A DNA stretch of 64,000 bases from an uncultured Bacilli bacterium (GTDB lineage: Bacteria; Bacillota_I; Bacilli_A; RFN20; CAG-288), in NCBI GenBank assembly GCA_944371605.1, contig CALVXU010000019.1, positions 20,832 through 84,831 on the forward strand, given 5' to 3'. The notes under the pieces were generated by a model. The model searched no databases and was not told the DNA's origin. It saw only the letters and a program-made list of their open reading frames with translations. This document shows positions 28,026-39,300 of the stretch, piece after piece. The translations under genes and the position numbers were made by a program. The first letter of the stretch is position 1. Every line of letters starts with the position of its first letter.

Positions 28026-29742
28026 TGTGAATACCTGCCCTTTCTAAAGAGACTTTGATTCTTTGAGAAACAATTTTGGGAAGCTCTGTTTTCGGCGCTC
28101 TTTTATCTAGTAGCCAAGTGGCCGCATAATGGGTGTCAGACACTTTAAAATAAGGTGGCTGTTCTTTGAAATCAATCGCTAAAGCATATTTGTTACGAGT
28201 GGCAAAAGCATCACCGACAGGCGGATTTAAAAGATATGGTGGTGTTCCTGGAATAGCCTCCAATTTTTCCTTTGAATCGATATCAGGAATACTGGATAAC
28301 AAAGCCCAAGTATAAGGATGCTTAGGATTGTAGAAGATTTCATTAGCCGTTCCAACTTCAACGATTTTACCAGCATACATAACAGCGACACGATCAGCCA
28401 TATTCGCGACAACACCCAAATCATGAGTGATGAAAATGATGGACATATGTCTTTCTTCCTTCAGACGATTGATGAGTTCAAGAATCTGAGCTTGAATAGT
28501 GACATCAAGAGCAGTGGTCGGCTCATCACAGATGAGAACATCAGGATTAGCGGTCAAAGCGATAGCGATGACGATTCTCTGTCTCATACCACCAGAAAAC
28601 TCAAATGGATATTGTTTGAAACGCACTTCAGGTTGAGGAATACCAACTTCTCTCATAACCTTTAAAGCGCGTTCTTTAGCCTCATGTTTAGTGATTTTAT
28701 ATTTAGCTTTATGCGAAAGGAGAAGTTTTTCACGTTCATCTGAACGAGCTTTCTTCAAATCAGCTAATTCAATCTCTTTTTGATTGATTTCTTGTTTAGC
28801 TAAAACTATTGAAGAAGAGGTCGAAAGCTTAGCTTTTAACTCGCTGAGCTCATTTTCTTTTTGAGATATAAGTTCAGATGTTTGAGAATCAAAATCGCTT
28901 AACTCTTTCTTATCTTTAGCTTTTTCCTCAATCTCATAATTCTTATTATCAATGCGAGCTTTTTTCTTAGCTTCATTTAATGCTTTAGCTAAAATCGGTC
29001 TTTCTTTATTATAGGTGGATTTAGCTTCTTTGATCGCTTTTTTTACTTCAGCTTTTTTAGATTTGATCTCTTCTTTTTCAAGCTTTCTCAACTCTAAAAC
29101 TTTCGCCTTCGTTTCTTTATAAAGCTTTTCGTAGCTTTCATTAAGTTCTTTGAAGCGAGGATCGTTTTTGCTCACCTCAAACAATTTGGCTTCTTCGCTA
29201 GCTAAATCACTCTCTAAAACATTTATCTTCTCTTGATATTTAGCTGAGATCGAATCTAAAGAGTGTTTCGCTAAAGATATTTCTTCATCTCTTTTAACTT
29301 TAAGATTACGATACGAAGCTAATTCTTTAGAGATGAGGCTTTCAAATCTTGTTTTTAAATGATTGTTATTGATGAGCAAAGCCTCAGTGATCTGTTTACC
29401 CACTTTCATAATGGGGTTCAATGAAGAGAGAGGATCTTGGAAAATCATTCCGATTTTCTTTCCTCTGATACGATGGAATTCAGCTTCGGAAATCTTAGTC
29501 AAATCTTCACCTTCATACATAACCTCACCGCTTTCGATGATAGCGGAAGCAGGAAGGATACCCATGATGGTTTTAGAAGTCACTGACTTACCAGAGCCAG
29601 ATTCGCCGACAATACATAAAGTCTCTCCTTTATTCAAATCAAAAGAGACTCCTCTGACAGCATGAATGATTCCTTCATCAGTTTTAAAAGAAACTTTCAA
29701 ATCCTTCACAGAAAGGATCTTTTCATCATATTTATAAGCCAT
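28006..29742 (-). CDS. oppD: oligopeptide ABC transporter ATP-binding protein OppD with ~200-aa coiled-coil insertion
   Basis: GESGSGKSVT, FSGGMRQRIVIAIAL, ICDEPTTALD and ITHD are present. A long Lys/Glu-rich helical insert (KELASYRNLKVKRDEEISLAK...ELADLKKARSDEREKLL) sits within the helical subdomain. Confidence 0.9.
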   Translation of the reverse strand: MAYKYDEKILSVKDLKVSFKTDEGIIHAVRGVSFDLNKGETLCIVGESGSGKSVTSKTIMGILPASAIIESGEVMYEGEDLTKISEAEFHRIRGKKIGMIFQDPLSSLNPIMKVGKQITEALLINNNHLKTRFESLISKELASYRNLKVKRDEEISLAKHSLDSISAKYQEKINVLESDLASEEAKLFEVSKNDPRFKELNESYEKLYKETKAKVLELRKLEKEEIKSKKAEVKKAIKEAKSTYNKERPILAKALNEAKKKARIDNKNYEIEEKAKDKKELSDFDSQTSELISQKENELSELKAKLSTSSSIVLAKQEINQKEIELADLKKARSDEREKLLLSHKAKYKITKHEAKERALKVMREVGIPQPEVRFKQYPFEFSGGMRQRIVIAIALTANPDVLICDEPTTALDVTIQAQILELINRLKEERHMSIIFITHDLGVVANMADRVAVMYAGKIVEVGTANEIFYNPKHPYTWALLSSIPDIDSKEKLEAIPGTPPYLLNPPVGDAFATRNKYALAIDFKEQPPYFKVSDTHYAATWLLDKRAPKTELPKIVSQRIKVSLERAGIHNVEDIK

Positions 29743-29743
29743 A

Positions 29744-31810
29744 TTAATCCGATCCTTTCAGAGATGGGTTAAATGCATCTCTCAAGCCATTACCGAAAAG
29801 ATTGAAGCAGATCATCAACAAAGAGATGATGACAGCAGGAACAATCAATTGATATGGATATTGATTCAACAGATTTTGATTATCAGATAAGATGACGCCT
29901 AATGAATCAAGACCTTGTAAACCTAACCCCAAATAAGAGATGGTCGCTTCGTTAAAGATGACAGATGGCACCATCAATATCGAATTGGTGACGATAGTGC
30001 CGATAGCGTTAGGCAAGATGTGTCTAAAAATCAATCTTGGCGCTCTAGCACCTAGAGTTCTAGAAGCTAAAACATATTCTCGGCCTTTGTATCGATAGAA
30101 TTGTGATCTAGTGACGGATTCTGTTCCAATCCAGCCTGTCAAACATAAAGCTAAAGCGAAGACAAAGAATGTTTGGCCCATTTTGATACAGAGAACAGTC
30201 ATCAAAACAATCCAAGGTATACCGGCTAAAATATCGACAAATCTCTCCATGATCAAATCGACTTTACCGCCGAAGTAACCAGAGATAGAACCCCAGATTA
30301 CACCGATGAAAATGTTGATGGCAGCGACTATAAGACCAAGTAATAAAGAGGTTCTTAAACCTGAGAAAACATATTTGAGCAAATCACGACCTTTGCTATC
30401 AGTGCCAAAAATGTGTTTAGGCATATGATCATAGCCCAAATACTTCCACATGATGACATTAGCACTTAGTGTGCTGCCGTTATCTTGTGAGATGGACTCG
30501 ACATAAACATCGTTATTAGCTTCTCCTAACTCCGTCTTTCTATATGATGCTGGATTTCCATCAGTATATTCGACTAAACCTTGGCTCACCCAATTATCCA
30601 AAACGGATTGAGCAATGGTAATACTATTTAATCCATATCTCACTTGATACATATCATAGATGATATCGCATCTAGAAGTTCTAGCATCAGTAGGATTGAA
30701 CTGTGTAGAAGAGTTATTTGTCCAATATCTCGGATTCGGTTGATTATTGATTGTCATAGGTTGACCGACCAATTCATTAGCATCATCAAATGAACGATTG
30801 GCTAATTGCGCTTGTTCACGAGAGCTCTCATTGGTGGAAGATAAAGTAGCATCATGAACATAAATCGCTGTTCTAGAATTAGAGTCAGCTTTAAAAATCA
30901 AACCGACTGATCCTGTGATAGTGGTAGCATCAGGAAAATCTTCTTGAATTGCAGCGTTATTTTTCAAAAGAGTCGTGAGATTGACTTCTTGAGTTTCATA
31001 AGGATAAACAGTGGCATCATTATCTGCTTTTTCACCGATAGTACCATATTCTAAGCTGTAATCAGTGAGAGGATAGTATGTGTTATTCGCATAGAATAAG
31101 ACATCGAATTCCGGCTGCACATAATCTTCAGCATTAGCCCAGCCTAATGTGAAAGAGAAGGTGTAATCGTATTGGCTGATATCATACTCATAAGAGACCG
31201 AATACATCCAACCGATTCCAGTGTTTTCTTCACTCGAATCCACATTTCTTGTGACAGTAGCATATCCGCCTTCACCATCAGAGCTATAAACATTAGAATA
31301 ACCAGTGTAAACATCACCGATACCGACGATACACTCTTCAGAAGCACCGAGACCGATATAATTACCATTGTTATCTATCGGATATGGTTGATTCTTCATC
31401 TCTAAAGTGCCGTCTAAAAATCCTGTTCCAGTATCAAAAATCTTAGGTGGTAAATTCGTCTCATAATTAAGAATATTAACTTCACCACCGCTGCTACCGA
31501 TAGTAGTATTAAATGGAATGACACCATCTATCGGTAAGATGATAGCGAGTATGAAAAGAATGCCTAAAATAATACCTCCGACGACCGAAGATTTATTTTT
31601 AGCAAAACGACGCATAGCATCTCTGAAAAATGTTGTTGGCTTAGTGCTGAACTTAACATCATGAATGCTTTTATCTTGTTGAACAAACTTGAAATCATCA
31701 CTAGAAACCTCTTGCCCATCCGCAGATTTGGCTTCAGTGAAAGCATCGATGAGCTCAAAACCCTGAGTTTCTTCAGGTGATGTATTTTTATTTTCTAATT
31801 GATCGTTCAT
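29744..31810 (-). CDS. oppC: oligopeptide ABC permease OppC with ~400-aa extracytoplasmic insertion (688 aa)
   Basis: The C-terminal half carries the OppC permease core (ASRTLGARAPRLIFRHILPN, EATISYLGLGLQ). A large soluble insert lies after TM1. It overlaps oppB with ATGA. Confidence 0.85.
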   Translation of the reverse strand: MNDQLENKNTSPEETQGFELIDAFTEAKSADGQEVSSDDFKFVQQDKSIHDVKFSTKPTTFFRDAMRRFAKNKSSVVGGIILGILFILAIILPIDGVIPFNTTIGSSGGEVNILNYETNLPPKIFDTGTGFLDGTLEMKNQPYPIDNNGNYIGLGASEECIVGIGDVYTGYSNVYSSDGEGGYATVTRNVDSSEENTGIGWMYSVSYEYDISQYDYTFSFTLGWANAEDYVQPEFDVLFYANNTYYPLTDYSLEYGTIGEKADNDATVYPYETQEVNLTTLLKNNAAIQEDFPDATTITGSVGLIFKADSNSRTAIYVHDATLSSTNESSREQAQLANRSFDDANELVGQPMTINNQPNPRYWTNNSSTQFNPTDARTSRCDIIYDMYQVRYGLNSITIAQSVLDNWVSQGLVEYTDGNPASYRKTELGEANNDVYVESISQDNGSTLSANVIMWKYLGYDHMPKHIFGTDSKGRDLLKYVFSGLRTSLLLGLIVAAINIFIGVIWGSISGYFGGKVDLIMERFVDILAGIPWIVLMTVLCIKMGQTFFVFALALCLTGWIGTESVTRSQFYRYKGREYVLASRTLGARAPRLIFRHILPNAIGTIVTNSILMVPSVIFNEATISYLGLGLQGLDSLGVILSDNQNLLNQYPYQLIVPAVIISLLMICFNLFGNGLRDAFNPSLKGSD

Positions 31811-32859
31811 GAGGCTTTAGCTCCCATTCTAATACGAGGATCAACAATACCATAGCTCAAATCAACAAGGAGAGAAGCAGCTAAGCTGATCATAGTGAAG
31901 ACCGCCATATCGACTAACAAAACATTATAATCACGGGCGTTGATAGCTTCGACAAATAATCTACCAATACCTTGAATACCATATAATTGTTCCAAAACGA
32001 CCGAGCCTCCTAAGATACCGATGAATTGACCGATGATCATCGGAACTAACGGGACAAGTGAATTTCTCAAAGCGTGTCTAACAACACATTGGCTCTTAGT
32101 CAATCCTTTAGTTCTAGCTAATAATAAGAACTCACTAGACATAACTTCACAGAGTTCAGCTCTTGTATATCTAGTGAAAGCCGCGATTGTACCAAAACAT
32201 AGCGCTAGAACAGGGATCACCATCGCTCTTGCATAAGCAGATATAGGTGAACCATTTATCGGCCAAGAAGAGGGTAACCAGCCGGTATCATAAGATAACC
32301 ACAACATCAATAAAGAGATGATGACAAACGAAGGGACAGATATAAAAATCATGACAACTGTAGAAATGACATGATCTGTCGGTTTATTTTTCTTTAAAGC
32401 AGCGATGATACCAAAGATAAAACCTAAAGGAAGCGAAATGATCAACGCAAAGATATTGATAGTGATAGTGGGGACTAATCTTTGACCGATGATGTATATC
32501 GCATCAGCTTGACGTTGGATAACAGAAGAAGTTCCCCATTCCCAACGAGTAAAAATACCGGTTAGCCATGAGAAATATTGGTCGATGAGAGGACGACGAT
32601 AATAGAAGAAAGTCGCTCCAGTCGGATCAGTATACGGAGGGATAATCGTGCTCCCTAATCCCGTCTGCTCAGTGTGAAAGACCAAGTAATAGCCTTGGCT
32701 GACTTGGTCTTGACAATATGCATTTTGAGCAACATTGTTTCCACTGATAGGCGGGTCAGGAAGCATTTTCATCAAGAAGAAAGTGATCGTCAATATCACA
32801 AAAGTTGTGAATATTAATAAGACGATACGCTTAAGAGAATACTTTAATAAGTAAGGCAT
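31807..32859 (-). CDS. oppB: oligopeptide ABC permease OppB
   Basis: Six-TM BPD permease with the C-terminal DPRIRM motif typical of OppB/DppB. Confidence 0.88.
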   Translation of the reverse strand: MPYLLKYSLKRIVLLIFTTFVILTITFFLMKMLPDPPISGNNVAQNAYCQDQVSQGYYLVFHTEQTGLGSTIIPPYTDPTGATFFYYRRPLIDQYFSWLTGIFTRWEWGTSSVIQRQADAIYIIGQRLVPTITINIFALIISLPLGFIFGIIAALKKNKPTDHVISTVVMIFISVPSFVIISLLMLWLSYDTGWLPSSWPINGSPISAYARAMVIPVLALCFGTIAAFTRYTRAELCEVMSSEFLLLARTKGLTKSQCVVRHALRNSLVPLVPMIIGQFIGILGGSVVLEQLYGIQGIGRLFVEAINARDYNVLLVDMAVFTMISLAASLLVDLSYGIVDPRIRMGAKAS

Positions 32860-32873
32860 GTGATCACCTTGGA

Positions 32874-35816
32874 TTACTGATTCACACCAGTGTAAGACAA
32901 TAGACCGATAGTGGAAGAAGTTTCAGTGGTGAGAGGGCCGTCAGCACCATTGATAGTGATTTCAAAACTCACACGTAATGTGACAGATCTTGTTTTATTT
33001 AAGGTGTTATCAACAACGATACTAGCGACATAATTGCTATCCCAAAGTTCTTCTAATTGTTCATTGGTATAAGCGATAGTAGCATCACCATTAGAGAGAG
33101 ATAATGAGAGTTCTTTAGCGCCAGCATCCACTAATTGTTTGAAAGAGATACGATAAGTGACTGACTGACTCTTAGAATCGATAGATTCATATTTGATGCT
33201 GCCAGAACCGTTAGTAGAAACGTTGGAAGCTACAGCAAAAGTTCCATCATTATTCAATAATGCAGCAGAATCAGCGGCTTGCCATAAACCATCGAATGAC
33301 CACTTCTTTCCGTCATAGATGATTGGATCTTCAGAATCGATCTTGCTGGTATCTGGTCCCCAGTTTAAAGTGAATCCAGAAGAGTTATCACCTTTCATAA
33401 CCTCAAAGAAGTTGAGAGGGTTAAGATCATTACCAGAAACAGCACCGAAGCCTAAGTCGAATTCACCTCGCTTCATCAAATCATAGACTGCATTAAAATC
33501 AGAAGTTCCATCTATTGGATTGATGTGAAGTTTATAACACCCGCCATATACTTCATTGATCAATTCATCAAAAATCCTATAGATAGAATCAAACACATCA
33601 CCATAGTCTTTTTCATCAGTCGGGTTCATCCAGTTCATATCGATTGTGATCAACCAAGGATTAGTCGGAATTCCACCTTGACCACTGCCATTAGCGACTA
33701 ATTTACCATCTTCGCCCATCGGAATAATCGTTTCTTCCATAGCGGTTTCAAGAGCTCTCTTCGCCGCATCTGGGCTATAACCATAGCTCTCATTATAACG
33801 ATCAGCTAAAACAGCAGCATGAGCATCAGTGGAATTATAGGAAATACCGGTTTCAGGATCGATCAAATAGTTATCAGAGAAGTAGTTTTGTGTCGGCGTC
33901 ATACCACGAGAGGTACAAATAGTTTCACGATCAAGAGCAAAGCTTAAGAAGTCCAAGAAATTCTTGTCGCTCAAATAAGCTCTGTCTTCTCTTTGGTTCA
34001 CCCATCTACTAGTCTCACTGCTATCATGCGCATAGACAGTACCAGAAGTACCAAAGCGTCTTCTCCACTCTTCAGGTGTTAAAGAGTTGACATTGATTTT
34101 AAAGTTGGAATCACCTTTAGTTTGATAACGAGTCCATTTGACACCTTGAGCACTTGTGCCAGTCGTAGTGTTATATGGAGTGACTAAAGTATCTTTAGTC
34201 GGTGCATAAGAATCTATCGCTCCAGTTTCAAACTCGCTTTGTAATGATTTTTGAGAATATTGTTGGAATTCAAAACCTGGGATCTGATAAACATCACGAT
34301 GATTACCATCGCTCATGGTGAATCCTTCTTTATATTCATAGAAATCATCATTTCTAGTCAGCTTGATATATTGACCATTCTGCCATTGTTCAACATAGTA
34401 AGGACCAGTATATAGGAAAGTATCCACTGGACTATATCCGGTAGGGAATTGACCCAAATTTGAAGGCGTTACAGCTTCAACAAAATCAATTGGTAATGGC
34501 GAATATAAAGAGCTAGAGAGATAATACATCGCATAAAATTGAGTGCACGGATATAAAAGATTGAATTCGATATAATCTCCTTCTTCATCTTTGCCGACGA
34601 TGATGTTACCACGTGAGCCATCGGGAAGTTGGCCGTTTTCATCGCCCATCAAATTATCCCAAGCTTCTTCATCAACAACTGATCCATCATTAGGATTAGT
34701 TGAAGTAGCATTGAAATAAGAAGCAGCACCAGTGAAACCAGAAACACCATCGGTTAATTCAGAACCACGATATTGACCATTCCAAGAAGTCAACATGATT
34801 TTAAATGGTGTTAAATAATCCTCTAAAGCTACTGATCTTTTATTGAATGTTGATAAATTTGTTCCGTTCATAGTTGCGGTAGAAGCGGTTCTATAAACAG
34901 GAGCTTTATCACCTGTACGAACGTGAATTCTCCAACGGCGATTATAATCGCTTTGAATTTGATTACCTAATTCATCGACAGCGATAGGTCTTTCATCTAA
35001 AGCTAAACTCGGATACCATTCATAACCGTTATTGCTAGCGTTTAATCTAGTAGAATAATAGGCGGTTGTATAATAGCTGGCGATATCAGAGACATCAGAG
35101 CCAGAAGCATCCATAGCATTAGCATGACCAGCTACAGATACTGTACCGATTTGATAATATGATGGATCGTGATTTTCTGGGACGTTGGTTAAATCGCTAT
35201 CCAATTTACCTTCTTTCATAGTTCCCCAACCATAACCAGAAACATATTCTCTAGGAAGAGGTTTATAACGATTGTTATAAACGACATATCCGCCATTAGA
35301 AAACAAAGTGATACCTGTCAAATAATTATCGACCGCATATTTCTCCAAAGCGCCTAAAATATTAGCTTTTTCATCATAATCAACTGTTGAATAAGATTGA
35401 ACACCGCTAGCGATAGAAGATTCAGAAACCACAAAATGAACAGTGCAAGAAAAATCTTTTTCACTAGCATTAGTGATGGTGACATCTGCTTCACCAGCTT
35501 TTAATGGAGTGATCAAACCGTTAGAGATAGACAAAACAGTATCATCACTAGAGGTAAAAGTCGCTAGATGAGTGATATCTTCATTATTGTCGTTGGCATG
35601 ACAAGCTAAACGGATATTCTTTTCACCAACGTTGATATTAAAAGTATCACCGTTATTGACATCTTGACCTTTATATGTGACATAAAACGCTCTTAAACCA
35701 GAGACAACGCCTGAACCACTTCCGCCGCCAGTGATTCCAGAGTGATTAGTACAAGATGCTAATAAACCTACGCATCCGATAGCGAATAAAGAGATTAATC
35801 TAACTGATTTTTTCAT
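32874..35816 (-). CDS. oppA: oligopeptide-binding lipoprotein OppA, enlarged (980 aa) with N-terminal Big_2-like domain
   Basis: MKKSVRLISLFAIGCVGLLASC lipobox, an Ig-like segment (GEADVTITNASEKDFSCTVHFVV), then a family-5 solute-binding-protein-like body. It heads the oppABCDF cluster. Confidence 0.75.
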   Translation of the reverse strand: MKKSVRLISLFAIGCVGLLASCTNHSGITGGGSGSGVVSGLRAFYVTYKGQDVNNGDTFNINVGEKNIRLACHANDNNEDITHLATFTSSDDTVLSISNGLITPLKAGEADVTITNASEKDFSCTVHFVVSESSIASGVQSYSTVDYDEKANILGALEKYAVDNYLTGITLFSNGGYVVYNNRYKPLPREYVSGYGWGTMKEGKLDSDLTNVPENHDPSYYQIGTVSVAGHANAMDASGSDVSDIASYYTTAYYSTRLNASNNGYEWYPSLALDERPIAVDELGNQIQSDYNRRWRIHVRTGDKAPVYRTASTATMNGTNLSTFNKRSVALEDYLTPFKIMLTSWNGQYRGSELTDGVSGFTGAASYFNATSTNPNDGSVVDEEAWDNLMGDENGQLPDGSRGNIIVGKDEEGDYIEFNLLYPCTQFYAMYYLSSSLYSPLPIDFVEAVTPSNLGQFPTGYSPVDTFLYTGPYYVEQWQNGQYIKLTRNDDFYEYKEGFTMSDGNHRDVYQIPGFEFQQYSQKSLQSEFETGAIDSYAPTKDTLVTPYNTTTGTSAQGVKWTRYQTKGDSNFKINVNSLTPEEWRRRFGTSGTVYAHDSSETSRWVNQREDRAYLSDKNFLDFLSFALDRETICTSRGMTPTQNYFSDNYLIDPETGISYNSTDAHAAVLADRYNESYGYSPDAAKRALETAMEETIIPMGEDGKLVANGSGQGGIPTNPWLITIDMNWMNPTDEKDYGDVFDSIYRIFDELINEVYGGCYKLHINPIDGTSDFNAVYDLMKRGEFDLGFGAVSGNDLNPLNFFEVMKGDNSSGFTLNWGPDTSKIDSEDPIIYDGKKWSFDGLWQAADSAALLNNDGTFAVASNVSTNGSGSIKYESIDSKSQSVTYRISFKQLVDAGAKELSLSLSNGDATIAYTNEQLEELWDSNYVASIVVDNTLNKTRSVTLRVSFEITINGADGPLTTETSSTIGLLSYTGVNQ

Positions 35817-35844
35817 AATTTTTACCTCCTTTTATCAGGAATAA

Positions 35845-36228
35845 TCAAATCAAATAATATGCGAGAATGATCGATAGAATAATAAGAACAGCTCCGACTA
35901 GAAGAAACGGCAACCAAATGAATTGTGTCGTGCGTCTCTTCTCTTTTTTGATCTCTTTATAAGTATAAATATCTTTGTACTTTTTAGGAGCCCCTTTTCT
36001 AAAAGAAGAAATCCAATTAGCACATTGATAACCGAAGAGATCGAAGAACCCTTGTCTTGCGACAAACAACAATCCTAAGACTCCTAAATAAATAACACCG
36101 ATGATAACACAGCAATTACTCAAATAGAAGTCAGTACACAGATAGACAGGTGGAATAACGATTAAAGGTAGAGCTAGTGCGATTATCCAGCAAGCTATTG
36201 TCTTTTTGGTCTCAGGTAATAATAACAT
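35845..36228 (-). CDS. small membrane protein (127 aa, 3 TM), hypothetical
   Basis: Three hydrophobic helices. No motifs. Confidence 0.5.
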   Translation of the reverse strand: MLLLPETKKTIACWIIALALPLIVIPPVYLCTDFYLSNCCVIIGVIYLGVLGLLFVARQGFFDLFGYQCANWISSFRKGAPKKYKDIYTYKEIKKEKRRTTQFIWLPFLLVGAVLIILSIILAYYLI

Positions 36229-36259
36229 CTAACAAAACTTTTTTCTATATCATTATAAC

Positions 36260-36291
36260 GCAAAAGCCTCGGCCTTTCCCGGGGCTTTTGC
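36260..36291. terminator. GC-rich hairpin downstream of the protease gene
   Basis: GCAAAAGCC..TCGGCCTTTCCCGG..GGCTTTTGC nested inverted repeats. Confidence 0.5.
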
Positions 36292-36311
36292 ATTATTTTC
36301 AAAACTTATTC

Positions 36312-39300
36312 TTATTTAGCTTTCTTCTTTTTAAGAAAGAAAATAGTTAAGAACGCAGCACCGCCAACAACGATGACACCGCCGACAGCGATCAAAGCGA
36401 TATGCCATGCTTGTAAACCGCCAGAAGGAGTTGATGGATCAACAGGTGTGGTTCCAGGAGCGATGACTTGTCTGTTCAAGCTGATAGAGGCAAAGCCATC
36501 AGTGAATTGAACGTTATGGATTGTTAAATATCCGCTAGCGCTATCATAAGACATATTCTCAGCCGCTTGACCGTTGACAGAAGCTGTGATAGTAGAAGCA
36601 TCAAGACCAGTACCGACATAAAGAGTTAAAGAAGCGACGCCATCATAATCTAAATCAGCACCATCAGCATCGGTTAAGTTCACATCATAGGAATAATTTC
36701 CAGCAGAGATATTAGTCGGCGATAAGACAAAGTCAGAATCATCAGGGATGTCACTAGCGGAGACAAAGGCGTTGAGAGAATTCAAGTGAACGATGACCGA
36801 GATGGAGTTATAAGCGGTATCAGTGATAGTGATGTTCAAACGTCCATCATTTTCTTCAAGGATAGTATCAGTCAAAGTTAAAGTGGCTTGATATAAATCA
36901 TCACTTCCTTCAACTTTTACAGGGATTGCAGCACGACCAGCATAACTGATAGCGCTGTCTCCACCTTTAGTTGTAACCACTAATTGTTGTCTACCAGTAG
37001 AAGAGGTTTGAGACACAGCAGAGACGAATTCAGGAACCGTTTTATCGATGATAAGTTTATATGAACTGGTTTGAGTAGTGTTAGTTCCTCTCAATGTGAA
37101 GTTATAAGATAAGGTATATTCACCTTCATCTAAAGAACTGATATCGATGCAAGCATAACCATGGTGCATCAAATATGACGTAGTACCAGGGACAAATAAT
37201 GATTTAGCAAGACCCATACCAGTAGCTGAAGCCCAACCACTGCTATATTCATATAAGTCACCGATTTGACCTGATTTATTAACACCACTGCCGGAGATGC
37301 TCCAGGTGGCTTCAGAGACAGATCTATTCACATAGAAGACACTGACCAAATGATCAGAAACACCATTAGCACCAGCCTTCAAATACAAGTCTCCATTTTC
37401 ATCATAACGAGCGATATCTAAATATTTAGTACCATTAGGATAAGCAGATGTTGATAAATCACCGATTCTGCCGATTTCAGAACTTGTAGGAGTAGAACCA
37501 GTAGCGGCGAGAGTAGATCCAGTATAAGCGTTTCTCTTAGCAGCTGTTCCGCTTAAATTTTTGATATAAGCATCAGCTAATTCAGAGTTATAAAGATGTC
37601 CTTTTTCTTTTTCAAATTGGAATGGTTCAACCGCTTTACCAACCGTGTAATCACCATAGAAGCCGAGATAAGGCATTGTCAAAGTATGAGAAACACCATT
37701 TTCATTATCTTCAGAAGTGGTGCTATCCTTTTCAGTTAAGTATAAATAACCTTCGACATAGCTGCCGCCAGCTGATTTGAAATATTGATTGAAGTATTCT
37801 CTTAAAGTTCCGTGGAAATCAGGAACATCTTTTTCACCATCGCCATCAACATCAGCATCAAAAACCTTATCTAATTCGATATTATCGATACGAACTCTAA
37901 CTTTGCCAGTAGCAGTAGAATTAGCAGCGACTTCAACATCACCTTTTCCTTCAGCCCAATTAGCATCGGGAATAGTTAAAGCTTGATCATTGATAGAAGT
38001 AGTGATCGAGCCGGGTAAATTTTCAGCGACATCAGCGACAGTAGTCGGATCATTTTCTTTACTATTTTCGTATTCGGAAGTGGTTAATTGGATTCTCAAA
38101 TCTGGAATCATCAAACTGAGAGAAGGAGTATAAGTTCTAGTTTTAGAGCTATCATTATGGATGGTATAACTGAATTCGATATATGCTTCTTCATCAGTAG
38201 CTAAATCAGTATTCAATGTACCTCTGTTCTTCAATTCAACTTTTGAAACTTCCGTGCTTTCAGTCTTCAAAGCATCAGAGCTAGATACAGCCTCGGAATC
38301 AGATACAGAAGGAGAAGTGACATAAGCGTTATTTCCTAACATATCAGCGACATTGATGATGCCAGAGCCTTGAAGTCTGATCGAGCCGATATTATTAGCA
38401 GTACTATCTACTAATTGATTAGCAGTAGACATAGCTATGTTAGAAATCTTTTTCTTATAAGCAGCGAATGCTTCATCATCCTCTAGTGCTAAACTGCCGC
38501 CATTTTCAGGTTTCTTTTCACTTAAAACAGAAGCTAAAGCGCCAGAAAAATTAGGAGAAGCCATCGAAGTTCCTGACATATTATCGTAGCCAGCTAACTT
38601 AGAAGTGGCACCGACGACAGAAGCATCGATAGCGCCGATGACTTGTCCGCCTGGAGCGGAGATAGTCGGAGAGATATCTAAGTTATAAGAAGGTCCATCA
38701 GAGGAGAAGGAAGAAGTGATGTTACCATCAGGAGCGACAACAGCTTGATTAGTGGATAAAGTCAATTCACCAACAGTATTATCTTCGCCAAAGGTTGGAC
38801 CCATATTTTGGAAGACCAAAATAACAGGGATTTCTGGGTTATAAGAACCATAATCGAAATTGAAATTGAAAGTGACAGAGGCATCATTATTGATGACGAT
38901 CAACGCATCAGCACCAGCTGCTTGAGCAGCAAGAGTTTTTTCTGTAAAGGTTGTTTCACCACGGTCGATAACAGCGATGACTTTTGAATCTTTACCTAAT
39001 TGTTCTTTCAATCCAGCAAAACTCGAGATCGCAGTTTCGTATTCTTGATTATATGAATCATAGAAGGATTGATAATCGCTATCAGCACCGACACCACCGA
39101 TACGGACATAATTAAATGTTCCTTCTTGTTGATCACCTAACAATTGAGTGAAAGGATGTTCGATGTTGAATTCGATTGTAGATCCTTCACGGTTGATGAC
39201 TTGATCGTAGTATGAAACAGCTGTGCCATTGACGAGTAAAATTGATTCATAGAACGCTTTGTCAGGGTTAGAAGAAGCGACGATATTGACATTTTCATCA

